64,000 bases of DNA from an uncultured Actinomycetota bacterium (lineage in GTDB: Bacteria > Actinomycetota > Actinomycetes > JAFAQI01): positions 1,280,001-1,344,000 of the forward strand of contig CAVYQE010000001.1 in NCBI GenBank assembly GCA_963770565.1, read 5' to 3'. A model generated the notes under the pieces. It made no database searches, was not told the DNA's origin, and worked only from the letters and a program-made list of their open reading frames with translations. Within the stretch, counting starts at the first letter, position 1, and each line of letters opens with the position of its first letter. Below, in pieces: positions 23,227 to 32,891 of the stretch. The position numbers and the translations under genes were made by a program.

Positions 23227-24015
23227 TCAGAACACGTCGAGCGTCGCGCGTTGCCGGCTTTCGCGCTCGAAGTAGGCGAGCAGCAACAAGCCGAGCGCGA
23301 CGAAGCCGGCGCCGAGCAACGCCTCGCGCCCGAGGTCGCCTCGAAGCGCACTGAAGCCGGCGCCGACCGACGCCCGGCGGGCGGCCGCGATCGAGTGGGT
23401 CAACGGCAGCCAGCCGGCGACCGAACGCATCCACCCGGGCAGGCTGGCGAGCGGGACGTTGACACCGCAGAAGATCAGCAGGATCCCGAAGACGATATTG
23501 ACGAGCACAGCGGTCTCCCGGACCCGCAGGGCGAGCGCGGCGGTCACCAGCCCGAGGCCGGTGCACGAGAACGACGCCACCACGACACAGAGCAACAGCG
23601 GCAGCACGGTGGCCAGCGCCACGTGCACCCGCAGCAGCGCGGCACCGGCCACCAGTGCGACCACGCTGACCGCCACCCCGTTGGCGATCACCGGCAGCGA
23701 CCGGCCGAGGAACAGCGGGATCCGGCGGGCCGGCGTGACAAGCAACAGGCCGAGGGTCTGCTGCCGTCGCTCGTTGCCGATCGTGTTGCCCATCGCGAAC
23801 AGGCATGGGATCGCGACGTACTGCACGGCGTTGCCGATCACGAAGAACCGGTCATCGGCGACGCCGGCGTCGCGGCCGATGTAGGCGAAGAACAGCACCT
23901 GGAAGAGCGGCGTCACGATGAAGGTCGGGATCAGGATCCACGGCGACAGCCAGGTGAACAGGGCTCGATAGCTGGTCAGCCCGCCGACGAAGAACACCCG
24001 CGCCGAGGTGATCAC
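23227..24015 (-). CDS. ABC-2 type permease
   Basis: ERRQQTLGLLLVTP, LPGWMRSVAGWLPLT; six TM helices. Confidence 0.88.
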   Translation of the reverse strand: MITSARVFFVGGLTSYRALFTWLSPWILIPTFIVTPLFQVLFFAYIGRDAGVADDRFFVIGNAVQYVAIPCLFAMGNTIGNERRQQTLGLLLVTPARRIPLFLGRSLPVIANGVAVSVVALVAGAALLRVHVALATVLPLLLCVVVASFSCTGLGLVTAALALRVRETAVLVNIVFGILLIFCGVNVPLASLPGWMRSVAGWLPLTHSIAAARRASVGAGFSALRGDLGREALLGAGFVALGLLLLAYFERESRQRATLDVF

Positions 24016-24785
24016 GTCAGTGCCAGCGTGGCTCGGGTGCGCGCCGCGTCGACGATCCGCCCGGTGACCAGGGTGCCGATGACGGCGTACGCCGCGGTCA
24101 GGCCGAGGCAGGCGAGGAGGGCGGGCGCCACACTGCCGCCGAGGGCCGAGTGCCGGACCGCGGTCATGCCCCAGGTCGGCGCGAGCAGCCAGGAGATCGG
24201 GCGGACCCAGCCGGGCAGCTGCGACAGCGGGACCAGGAACCCACAGATGAACCAGACCGGAAGCTCGATTCCGGCGCCGAGGGCCCAGGAGCTGCGGTAG
24301 CGCACCGACGCGACCGCCAGCAGGAACCCGAACATCCCGATCCCGACGACGATGACGAGGACCGACACGGCGAACAACAACGGTGCATGCACGTGCAGCG
24401 AGATGCCGAAGACGAAGCGGCCCCACAGCAGCGTCGTGATGAGGCTGTAGACGCCGACCGTCGCCATCGAGAGCGTGATCGGGACGAACAGCAATGGCAG
24501 CGGGGTCGGGGCGGCGACCAGCAGCTCGAGCGTCCCTTGTTGACGTTCGTTCTGCAGCGCGGCGCTGGCCGTCGTACTGGTGGCCGACCAGATGCCCATC
24601 GCGCTCGCGCCGACCGCCGCCGACAACAGTGCTCCGGGCGCCTGGTGCCCGGCTCGATACAGCAGGAAGATCGTGGTTGCGAAGAACAGCGGCCACAACA
24701 GCGAGAGCAACCCGTCGAAGGCCGAACGGCTGCGGATCTTGACCTGCAGCCACCAGGTCACGGCGAGCAGTCGCAGAATGCTCAC
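24012..24785 (-). CDS. ABC-2 type permease
   Basis: ERQQGTLELLVAAP, LPGWVRPISWLLAPTW. Confidence 0.88.
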   Translation of the reverse strand: MSILRLLAVTWWLQVKIRSRSAFDGLLSLLWPLFFATTIFLLYRAGHQAPGALLSAAVGASAMGIWSATSTTASAALQNERQQGTLELLVAAPTPLPLLFVPITLSMATVGVYSLITTLLWGRFVFGISLHVHAPLLFAVSVLVIVVGIGMFGFLLAVASVRYRSSWALGAGIELPVWFICGFLVPLSQLPGWVRPISWLLAPTWGMTAVRHSALGGSVAPALLACLGLTAAYAVIGTLVTGRIVDAARTRATLALT

Positions 24786-25753
24786 GTGGTCGCGCCGACC
24801 AGTTGGACGTAGGCGTCCTCGAGGCTCGGCTCGCGCGAGGTGACCCGGCCGGTCGGGGTGTCGCCGAGCGCACCGAGCACAGCCGCCGTGACGTCGACGC
24901 CCGGGTCGAGCTGCGCGACCAACAGCTGGGCCTGCCCGCGTTCTTCGAGACCGACCGACCGGATCCCGGCGACCGCCCGGACGCTGCCGATCACGGCGTC
25001 ACTCGCGCCGAACACCTCGACCTCCAGCACCGAGCCACCGCGGACCATCCCCTTGAGCTCGGCCGGCGTCCCGAGGGCCACCAGTTCGCCGTTGGCGATG
25101 ACCGCGATCCGGTCGCACAGCTCGTCGGCTTCGAACATGTAGTGGGTCGTGAGCATGACGGTCGTGCCCTGGTCGCGCAGCGCCGCGACGGTTCGCCGCA
25201 GCTCGCGGGCGCCGACCGGGTCGATGCCGATCGACGGCTCGTCGAGGAACAGCACGTCGGGCTTGTGCAGCAGCCCGCGGGCGATGTGCAGACGTTGCCG
25301 CATGCCGCGGGAGTAGCCCTCGACCCGTTCGGTCTCGCGACCGGTCAGGCCGACCAGCTCGATCAGCTCCGCGATCCGCGCGCGCTGGGTGCGGGGGTTG
25401 ACGGCGTACAGCTCGGCGAAGTAGCGCAGGTTGTCCAGGCCGGACAGGCGCTCGTAGAGGCCGCGGTCGCCACCGAAGACGTAGCCGACCCGGCGCCGGA
25501 CCTCCCGGACGTCCTTGACCACGTCGTGGCCGAGCACACGGGCGGTGCCGGACGTCGGCAGCAGCAAGGTGATCAGCATCTTGATGGTCGTGGTCTTGCC
25601 GGCACCGTTGGGACCGAGCAGCCCGAACAGCTCGCCCTTGTCGACGGTGAGGTCGAGCCCGCGGACCGCCACGATCTCCCGCGCGGAGCGCCGCCGGATG
25701 CCACCGCCGCTGCGGTAGGTGCGACGCAGCTGTTCGAGCTCGATGACGGGCAC
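24782..25753 (-). CDS. ABC transporter ATP-binding protein (DrrA-like)
   Basis: GPNGAGKTT, YSRGM, FLDEP, TTHYM. Confidence 0.92.
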   Translation of the reverse strand: MPVIELEQLRRTYRSGGGIRRRSAREIVAVRGLDLTVDKGELFGLLGPNGAGKTTTIKMLITLLLPTSGTARVLGHDVVKDVREVRRRVGYVFGGDRGLYERLSGLDNLRYFAELYAVNPRTQRARIAELIELVGLTGRETERVEGYSRGMRQRLHIARGLLHKPDVLFLDEPSIGIDPVGARELRRTVAALRDQGTTVMLTTHYMFEADELCDRIAVIANGELVALGTPAELKGMVRGGSVLEVEVFGASDAVIGSVRAVAGIRSVGLEERGQAQLLVAQLDPGVDVTAAVLGALGDTPTGRVTSREPSLEDAYVQLVGATT

Positions 25754-25840
25754 GCTGTGCAGCCTCCTGGCGCTGGTGGGGATCCGCCCAGCCAAACACA
25801 TGGTGGCGACGAGATCGCGGGGATTATCGTGCGATCCGCG

Positions 25841-26572
25841 ATGAGCGAAATCCGGGCCAACACCGTGCTGCCGTCCCGTCGCGAGCCGGTCACGCTGCAT
25901 ACCGCCGACGGGTTGGCGCTGGTCGGCGAGCTCGCGCTGCCGGAGTCCGCGACGCCGGTCGCGACGCTGATCACGCTGCATCCGCTGCCCACGCACGGCG
26001 GGATGATGGACAGCCACCTGTTCCGCAAGGCTGCAAACCGGCTGCCGGCGCTGGCCGACCTGGCGGTCCTGCGGTTCAACACCCGCGGAACCTCGAGCCC
26101 GGCCGGGCGCAGCGACGGCGAGTTCGACCACGGCGAGGGTGAGCGGTACGACGTCGCGGCCGCCCTCGACCTGGCCGAGTCGCTCGACCTTCCGCAGCTG
26201 TGGCTGCTGGGCTGGTCGTTCGGCACCGACCTCGCGATCCGCTACGGCTGCGACCCGAGCGTGGTCGGCGCGGTGCTGATCTCGCCGCCGCTGAAGGCGG
26301 CCACCGACGCCGACCTTCGGGTCTGGGCCGAGTCGGGGCGCCCGCTCGTGGCGATCGTGCCGGAGTTCGACGACTACCTTCGGCCGGCCGAGGCCCGCGA
26401 GCGGTTGGCCGTCGTGCCGCAGGCGGTCGTCGTCGACGTACCAGGGGCGAAGCACCTGCTGGTCGGATACACCGAGGAGGTCCTCGACGCGGTCGTGGCC
26501 GCGATCGCCCCCGGCCGTTCCCCGCTACCCCGAACCTGGCCCGCGAAGCTCCCAGCACAGCCACCCGTCTAA
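25841..26572 (+). CDS. Alpha/beta hydrolase
   Basis: HPLPTHGGMMD, RFNTRG, GWSFG nucleophile elbow, C-terminal His. Confidence 0.88.
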   Translation: MSEIRANTVLPSRREPVTLHTADGLALVGELALPESATPVATLITLHPLPTHGGMMDSHLFRKAANRLPALADLAVLRFNTRGTSSPAGRSDGEFDHGEGERYDVAAALDLAESLDLPQLWLLGWSFGTDLAIRYGCDPSVVGAVLISPPLKAATDADLRVWAESGRPLVAIVPEFDDYLRPAEARERLAVVPQAVVVDVPGAKHLLVGYTEEVLDAVVAAIAPGRSPLPRTWPAKLPAQPPV

Positions 26573-26578
26573 CCCGTT

Positions 26579-26663
26579 CCAGGCAATGTCACATTGCCCC
26601 CCACTTCGTGGGGGCAATGTGACAGCACCCCAGCAAACCGCTGGGCAATGTGACATTGCTTGG
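26579..26663. repeat. 85-bp MITE/REP-like element with three phased palindromes
   Basis: 21-bp terminal IR (20/21 match); GGCAATGT(C/G)ACATTGCC-like units at 26582, 26613, 26644. Confidence 0.85.
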
Positions 26664-27086
26664 CTAGCGGCGGGCGGCTTCGACGAGCTCGGTGAGTACG
26701 CCGCCGGTGCTGTGCGGATGCACGAAGGCGATCGCCGACCCACCGAAGCCGCGGCGCGGCTGGTCGTCGATGAGCTGCGCGCCACCGTCGCGCAGCTCAA
26801 CCAGTGCTGCCGCGATGTCGTCGACGCCGTACGCGAGGTGATGGATTCCCTCGCCGCGCGTCTCGAGGAAGCGGCCGACCGGGCTGTCCGGCCGGGTCGG
26901 CTCGAGCAGCTGGACGCAAGAAAAGCCGCCGGGTGCGTCCGCGACATGAAGCATCGCTTCGCGCACACCCTGCGCGTCGTTGGTCTCGCAGCCGAGCAGG
27001 GTCAGGCCGAACATCGCGGTGTAGCGGTCGATGCTCGCCTCGAGGTCGCGGCAGGCGATCCCGACGTGGTCGATCCGGGTGAACAT
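26664..27086 (-). CDS. mce: Methylmalonyl-CoA epimerase
   Basis: [37 protein letters not shown]; divergent to thiolase. Confidence 0.92.
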   Translation of the reverse strand: MFTRIDHVGIACRDLEASIDRYTAMFGLTLLGCETNDAQGVREAMLHVADAPGGFSCVQLLEPTRPDSPVGRFLETRGEGIHHLAYGVDDIAAALVELRDGGAQLIDDQPRRGFGGSAIAFVHPHSTGGVLTELVEAARR

Positions 27087-27105
27087 GCGCCGTATCGTGT
27101 CAGGC

Positions 27106-28293
27106 ATGCCTGGTTCGGTGATCGTCGGTGGCGCCCGGACGCCAATCGGAAAGCTGCTCGGCTCGCTCGCCGACTTCGCCGCAGTCGACCTCGGCGGCCG
27201 CGCGATCGAAGCCGCGCTCGCCCGAGCCGGGATCGGCGGCGACGCGGTCGACTACGTGATCATGGGCCAGGTCCTCCAGGCCGGCGCTGGCCAGATCACG
27301 GCTCGCCAGGCCGCGGTCAAGGGCGGCATCCCGATGACGGTGCCGGCCCTGACGATCAACAAGGTCTGCCTGTCCGGGCTCGACGCGATCGCGCTCGCCG
27401 ACCAGCTGATCGGCGCGGGCGAGTTCGACGTCGTCGTGGCCGGCGGCATGGAGTCGATGACGAACGCGCCGCACCTGCTCCCCGGTGCCCGGCGGGGCTA
27501 CAAGTACGGCGACGGCACGCTCGTAGACTCGATGGCGTACGACGGACTGTTCTGTGCGTTCGACGAGTGCGCGATGGGGGAGTCGACCGAGCGGCACAAC
27601 TCGTTGCTCGGGATCACCCGCGCGGAGCAGGACGAGTTCGCCGCGCGGTCGCACGAACTCGCGGCAGCTGCTCAGAAGAACGGCGCGTTCGACGACGAGA
27701 TCGTCGCGGTGAGCGTCCCGCAGCGGCGAGGTGAGCCCCTGCTCGTGACGACCGACGAAGGGGTCCGCGCCGACACCACGGTCGAGGGCCTGGCCGGTCT
27801 TCGCCCGGCGTTCGCGAAGGACGGCACGATTACGGCCGGCTCGGCGTCGCAGATCTCCGACGGCGCCTGCGCAGTCGTTGTGATGTCCCGCGAGGCGGCC
27901 GAGCGACACGGCGCGACCGTGCTCGCCGAGATCGGCTACCACGGGGTCGTGGCCGGACCCGACGCCTCATTGCAGGCGCAGCCGGCGAACGCGATCCTCA
28001 AGGCGCTGGCCCGCGCGGGTGAGCCGGTCTCGGCGCTCCACCTCATCGAGATCAACGAAGCCTTCGCCGCAGTCGCGGTGCACTCGGCCCGCCTGCTCGA
28101 CGTCCCCTGGGACCGGATCAACGTCAACGGCGGCGCGATCGCGCTCGGCCACCCGATCGGTGCGTCCGGCGCCCGGCTGGCCCTGACCCTGGCCCTCGAG
28201 CTCCAGCGTCGTGGCGGGGGGCTCGGCGCGGCCGCCTTGTGCGGCGGCGGTGGGCAGGGCGACGCGCTCTTGCTTCAGGTTCCTGCTCGCTGA
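27106..28293 (+). CDS. Acetyl-CoA C-acetyltransferase (thiolase)
   Basis: [31 protein letters not shown]. Confidence 0.95.
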   Translation: MPGSVIVGGARTPIGKLLGSLADFAAVDLGGRAIEAALARAGIGGDAVDYVIMGQVLQAGAGQITARQAAVKGGIPMTVPALTINKVCLSGLDAIALADQLIGAGEFDVVVAGGMESMTNAPHLLPGARRGYKYGDGTLVDSMAYDGLFCAFDECAMGESTERHNSLLGITRAEQDEFAARSHELAAAAQKNGAFDDEIVAVSVPQRRGEPLLVTTDEGVRADTTVEGLAGLRPAFAKDGTITAGSASQISDGACAVVVMSREAAERHGATVLAEIGYHGVVAGPDASLQAQPANAILKALARAGEPVSALHLIEINEAFAAVAVHSARLLDVPWDRINVNGGAIALGHPIGASGARLALTLALELQRRGGGLGAAALCGGGGQGDALLLQVPAR

Positions 28294-28304
28294 GTTCTGC
28301 CTGC

Positions 28305-28399
28305 GCGTGGACCGGCCAGACCGCTCCACGCCCTGGTGTTGATCGCCGAACACCGCGGCGCTCAACACACGGGCGCTCCGCGGCCTGACCGGTCCACGC
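28305..28399. repeat. Structured intergenic repeat, copy 2 (plus degenerate half copy at ~28404-28427)
   Basis: 11-bp terminal IR GCGTGGACCGG/CCGGTCCACGC; homologous to 20240-20340. Confidence 0.88.
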
Positions 28400-28553
28400 A
28401 CTGCTCAACACTCGGGCGGCTCGGCAGTCGAACTCACGCACGCTGCGCCCAGCGCACCGGGGCACCGCGGCGGACCCACCCCGGCCGCGTTCGACACGGC
28501 CGATCGGCGGCTGCATCGGAGCCGGACTGGGGCCGACCTTCTAGGGTGCTCGG

Positions 28554-29513
28554 GTGGGCATTGCGGTAGCCGAGCTCGTTGCGCAGGCGCGCGCGGGCGA
28601 GCCGCGAAGCGTCGCGAGGTTGATCTCGATGGTCGAGAACGCCTCGCCGCAGCTGCGTGAGGTGATGGCGGCGTTGGCGCCTCACGCCGGGCAGGCAGAG
28701 GTGATCGGGCTGACTGGTTCGCCCGGGGTCGGCAAGTCGACGACGACATCGGCGTTGTTGACGGCGTACCGCAAGGAAGGCCGGCGGGTCGGAGTGTTGG
28801 CCGTCGATCCGTCGTCGCCGTTCACCGGCGGGGCGCTGCTCGGTGACCGGGTGCGGATGCAGGAGCACGCCACCGACCCAGGGGTCTACATCCGGTCGAT
28901 GGGCAGTCGCGGTCATCTCGGCGGGCTGTCATGGGCGACGCCGCAGGCGGTCCGGGTGCTCGACGCCGCAGGGTGTGAGGTGGTCATCGTCGAGACGGTG
29001 GGAGTCGGCCAGGCCGAGGTCGAGGTGGCCTCGCTGGCCGATACGACCGTGGTGCTACTGGCGCCAGGCATGGGTGACGCGATCCAGGCGGCGAAGGCGG
29101 GCATCCTCGAGGTGGCCGACCTGTACGTCGTCAACAAGGCGGACCGCGACGGTGCCGATCACACCGTCCGGGACCTGCGCACGATGATGTCGCTGGCCGA
29201 GAAGCCCGAGGCGGGGGCGTGGAAGCCACCGATCGTCAAAACGGTTGCGGCCCGCGGTGAGGGCATCGACGACCTGGTCGCCGCGTTGGCCAAGCACCGA
29301 AAGTGGCTGACCGAGTCCGGCCGGCTCGAGGCGCGGCGCCGGGCCAGGATCGCGGACGAGATCGAGGCGATCGCGCTCACCGCGGTGCGGGCCCAGCTGG
29401 GCGACCTGCGCGGGGGTTCGGCTCTTACCGATCTCGCCGACGCGGTGCTGGCCGGGACCACCGATCCGTATGCGGCGGCCGACGAGTTGGTGGCTGCGGT
29501 GACCACGCGCTGA
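28554..29513 (+). CDS. meaB: Acyl-CoA mutase-associated GTPase
   Basis: GSPGVGKST, DPSSPFTGGALLGDRVRM, ETVGVGQ, VNKAD. Confidence 0.95.
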   Translation: MGIAVAELVAQARAGEPRSVARLISMVENASPQLREVMAALAPHAGQAEVIGLTGSPGVGKSTTTSALLTAYRKEGRRVGVLAVDPSSPFTGGALLGDRVRMQEHATDPGVYIRSMGSRGHLGGLSWATPQAVRVLDAAGCEVVIVETVGVGQAEVEVASLADTTVVLLAPGMGDAIQAAKAGILEVADLYVVNKADRDGADHTVRDLRTMMSLAEKPEAGAWKPPIVKTVAARGEGIDDLVAALAKHRKWLTESGRLEARRRARIADEIEAIALTAVRAQLGDLRGGSALTDLADAVLAGTTDPYAAADELVAAVTTR

Positions 29514-29555
29514 GATCGGATGCAACCCGCCAGCCGGCTCGGGAGTGTATGAATC

Positions 29556-30077
29556 GTGACGCACGACGGGGCCGCCGACTTCGACGGCTTCTATTCCGCG
29601 ACAGGTAGCCGGCTGCTGCACGTCCTGTACGCGATGACCGGCGACCTCGCCGAGGCGCAGGACGTGGTTCAGGAGGCGTATGCCCGCGCCTGGCAGCGCT
29701 GGTCGACCGTCCGCGAGTACGACGACCCGGCCGCCTGGGTGCGTACGGTCGCCTGGCGGCTGGCGATCAGCCGTCGGCGCAAGGCACACAACCGGATCAG
29801 CGCGGCGATCCGGCTTCACGCGACCCAGCCGCCGATCGCGGCGCCGTCACCGGATACGGCGGCAATCGTGGCCGCCTTGCGCCGGTTGCCGGACGCCCAA
29901 CGCCGCGCGCTCGCACTGCATTACCTGTGCGACCTGTCGGTGGAGGCGGTCGCCGAGGAGACCGGTGTCAGCACCGGCACGGTGAAGTCCCGGCTGTCCC
30001 GCGGCCGTACGGCGCTGGCCGCGCTCATCGGAGAAGCGGATCGCCCGCTCGAGATCCAGGAGGCACTCCATGGTTGA
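29556..30077 (+). CDS. ECF sigma factor (actinobacterial SigE-like)
   Basis: EAQDVVQEAY, GVSTGTVKSRLSRGR; upstream TGCAACC...GTGTAT. Confidence 0.9.
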   Translation: MTHDGAADFDGFYSATGSRLLHVLYAMTGDLAEAQDVVQEAYARAWQRWSTVREYDDPAAWVRTVAWRLAISRRRKAHNRISAAIRLHATQPPIAAPSPDTAAIVAALRRLPDAQRRALALHYLCDLSVEAVAEETGVSTGTVKSRLSRGRTALAALIGEADRPLEIQEALHG

Positions 30078-30534
30078 CGACATTGCAGGCCTGCTCCATG
30101 CGCTCGGGACCGACAGTGGTCGATGCCCGGTGCATCCCGCTGCGCTGATCCGCCGGCGCGGTGATCGACGGCGGGCGGCGGTCGCGGTCACGACGACGGG
30201 GGCGACGATCGTCCTGGTCGGCGCCACTGCCGGTACGGGCTATGCCATTGCCCAGCACGGTCCGGCTCGGCACGGTGGCGGGATCGGGTTCGGATCGAGC
30301 CCGACTCCGCACAGCAAGCATCACGTCGGCCATGCCAGGAAGCCGGCGGCGGACCAGCTCGGGCCCGGCTCCGCGACCCCGACGCCCACCCCGGCCTCGC
30401 CCTGGCCGTTCGGCTCGCCCACGCCGACCGGCTCGACCGGGACGCCGCTTCCCGGACCGAGTGACACGACGGTCGAAGCCTCACCGGCGCGGACCGGAGA
30501 CTCGACCCCGACACCGTCACTGTCGCCGCACTAG
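30070..30534 (+). CDS. Putative anti-sigma membrane protein with Pro/Thr/Ser-rich tail
   Basis: Overlaps the sigma stop; IRRRGDRRR followed by a hydrophobic stretch. Confidence 0.65.
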   Translation: MVDDIAGLLHALGTDSGRCPVHPAALIRRRGDRRRAAVAVTTTGATIVLVGATAGTGYAIAQHGPARHGGGIGFGSSPTPHSKHHVGHARKPAADQLGPGSATPTPTPASPWPFGSPTPTGSTGTPLPGPSDTTVEASPARTGDSTPTPSLSPH

Positions 30535-30614
30535 CCACGCCGACCGGCGTCGCCGGATCGCGGGCCGCTCGTCGCCGTACGATCGGCCACTGTGGACGCG
30601 CGGATGAGTACTTA

Positions 30615-31148
30615 GTGACGCGCGAGCCGCTCGACTTGCCGTTCGACCCGATCGAACGGGCCGGTGAGCTGTGGGAGGCCAACTTCGGCCCGGCCGCAGC
30701 GATGCGGGTCGCGACCTCCGTGATGCGGGCGCAACAACTCCTGCTGTCGCGCTACGACCTGATCCTCAAGGCCTACGACCTCACCTTCGCGCGCTACGAG
30801 GCGCTGGTGCTGTTGCACTTCAGCCGGTCCGGGGAGCTGCCGCTTTCGATCATCGGTGAGCGGCTGATGGTGCACCCGACCAGCGTCACCAACACCATCG
30901 ACCGGCTGGTGCGGCAGGGCTTCGTCGCCCGGCGCCCCAACCCGCGGGACGGCCGCGGTGTCCTCGCCCGGCTCACCGATGCCGGGCGCTCGACCCTGGT
31001 CCGGGCGACCGCCGACCTGACCGCCGACGGCTTCGGCCTGACCGCGTACGACGAACCGGCGCTCGAGTCGCTGTTCGCGCTGCTGCGGACCCTGCGGGTG
31101 GACGCCGGCGATTTCAGTCCGGATCGCGCGGGTACTGGTGATCAATAG
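30615..31148 (+). CDS. MarR-family regulator
   Basis: LTFARYEALVLL, VHPTSVTNTIDRL, DGRGVLARLT. Confidence 0.92.
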   Translation: MTREPLDLPFDPIERAGELWEANFGPAAAMRVATSVMRAQQLLLSRYDLILKAYDLTFARYEALVLLHFSRSGELPLSIIGERLMVHPTSVTNTIDRLVRQGFVARRPNPRDGRGVLARLTDAGRSTLVRATADLTADGFGLTAYDEPALESLFALLRTLRVDAGDFSPDRAGTGDQ

Positions 31149-31164
31149 TAGGACGTCCTAGTAT
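31145..31164. promoter_or_regulatory. Palindromic operator upstream of icmA
   Basis: ATAG-TAGGACGTCCTA-GTAT: perfect 12-bp core, 18/20 symmetric. Confidence 0.7.
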
Positions 31165-31193
31165 CTACCTCGGGGCTACCGCCAGGAGACGCC

Positions 31194-32867
31194 GTGGATC
31201 CGAACGAGATCGAGGCCGGCCGGCAACGCTGGCAACAGCGCTTCGAGGCCGCAGCCAAACGTGACGCGGACTTCACCTCGCTGTCCGGCAGTGAGGTGGA
31301 GCCGGTGTACGGTCCGGCGCCGGGGTCGTCGTACGACGGATTCGAGCGGATCGGCTGGCCGGGGGAGTATCCGTTCACCCGCGGGCTCTACCCGACCGGC
31401 TATCGCGGCAAGACCTGGACGGTCCGGCAGTTCGCCGGGTTCGGCAACGCCGAGCAGACCAACGAGCGCTACAAGATGATCCTCGACAGCGGCGGCAACG
31501 GGCTGTCGGTCGCCTTCGACATGCCGACCTTGATGGGTCGCGACTCGGACGAGCCCAACTCGCTCGGCGAGGTCGGGCATTGCGGCGTCGCGATCGACTC
31601 GGCGGCCGACATGGACGTGTTGTTCGCGGGGATCCCGCTCGCTGATGTGACGACCTCGATGACGATCAGCGGCCCCGCCGTACCGGTGTTCTGCATGTAC
31701 CTGGTCGCGGCCGAGCGACAGGGCGCCGACATCGGCGGGCTCGACGGCACGCTGCAGACCGACATCTTCAAGGAGTACATCGCGCAGAAGGAGTGGCTGT
31801 TCCCGCCGGAGCCGCACCTGCGGCTGATCGGCGACCTGATGGAGTTCTGCGACGAGCAGATCCCGCGCTACAAGCCGCTGTCGGTCTCGGGCTATCACAT
31901 CCGCGAAGCGGGTTCGACCGCGGCGCAGGAGCTCGCCTACACGCTGGCGGACGGCTTCGGGTACGTCGAGCTCGGCCAGTCGCGCGGGATGGACGTCAAC
32001 CGGTTCGCGCCCGGGTTGTCGTTCTTCTTCGATGCCCACATCGACTTCTTCGAGGAGATCGCGAAGTTCCGCGCGGCCCGGCGGATCTGGGCCCGCTGGC
32101 TGCGCGACGTGTACGGCGCGACCGATCCGCGCGCCCAGTGGCTGCGGTTCCACACCCAGACCGCCGGGGTGTCGCTGACCGCGCAGCAGCCGGACAACAA
32201 CGTGGTCCGGACCGCGATCGAAGCGCTCGCTGCAGTGCTCGGCGGCACCAACTCGTTGCACACCAACGCACTCGACGAGGTGCTGGCGCTGCCGAGCGAG
32301 AAGGCGGCCGAGATCGCGGTGCGCACCCAGCTGGTGCTGATGGAGGAGACCGGGGTCACCAACGTCGCCGACCCGCTCGGCGGCTCGTGGTACGTCGAGG
32401 CGCTGACCGACAAGATCGAGGCCGACGCCGAGGCGATCTTCACCCGGATCCGCGAGATGGGCAGTGACGGCACCATGACCGCGGGGATCCTGCGCGGGAT
32501 CGAAGACGGCTGGTTCATGGCCGAGATCGCCGACGCCGCGTTCGCCTACCAGAAGGCGCTGGAGAAGGGCGACAAGCGCGTGGTCGGGGTCAACGTGGGC
32601 CAGGAGACCGTGACTGGCGAGCTGGAGATCATGCGGGTCTCCCACGAGGTTGAGCTCGAGCAGAACCGGGTCCTGGCGGCGCGCCGGGCGGCTCGGGACG
32701 ACGCCGCGGTTCGCGCTTCGCTCAGCGCTCTCGGCGAAGCCGCGCGCGGCGAGACCAACCTGCTGCCCCCGATGCTCGACGCCGCTCGCCACGAGGCGAC
32801 CCTCGGGGAGATCTGCGGCGTGCTGCGCGAGGTCTGGGGAAGTTACCGCGAGCCGGCCCGGTTCTAG
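31194..32867 (+). CDS. icmA: Isobutyryl-CoA mutase large subunit (B12-dependent acyl-CoA mutase)
   Basis: RQFAGFG (Phe, not Tyr) and KEYIAQKE (Gln, not Arg); no B12-binding DxHxxG domain. Confidence 0.85.
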   Translation: MDPNEIEAGRQRWQQRFEAAAKRDADFTSLSGSEVEPVYGPAPGSSYDGFERIGWPGEYPFTRGLYPTGYRGKTWTVRQFAGFGNAEQTNERYKMILDSGGNGLSVAFDMPTLMGRDSDEPNSLGEVGHCGVAIDSAADMDVLFAGIPLADVTTSMTISGPAVPVFCMYLVAAERQGADIGGLDGTLQTDIFKEYIAQKEWLFPPEPHLRLIGDLMEFCDEQIPRYKPLSVSGYHIREAGSTAAQELAYTLADGFGYVELGQSRGMDVNRFAPGLSFFFDAHIDFFEEIAKFRAARRIWARWLRDVYGATDPRAQWLRFHTQTAGVSLTAQQPDNNVVRTAIEALAAVLGGTNSLHTNALDEVLALPSEKAAEIAVRTQLVLMEETGVTNVADPLGGSWYVEALTDKIEADAEAIFTRIREMGSDGTMTAGILRGIEDGWFMAEIADAAFAYQKALEKGDKRVVGVNVGQETVTGELEIMRVSHEVELEQNRVLAARRAARDDAAVRASLSALGEAARGETNLLPPMLDAARHEATLGEICGVLREVWGSYREPARF

Positions 32868-32891
32868 GGGCCGTCTCCTAGGCTTAGTCGG

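Noticed and set aside
26582-26660. Mini CRISPR array
   Set aside because: 17-bp repeats with 14-nt self-complementary spacers are too short; no leader or cas genes.
28427-28502. tRNA-like GTTCGA segment
   Set aside because: No acceptor stem, D arm or proper T stem; only GC-rich local hairpins.
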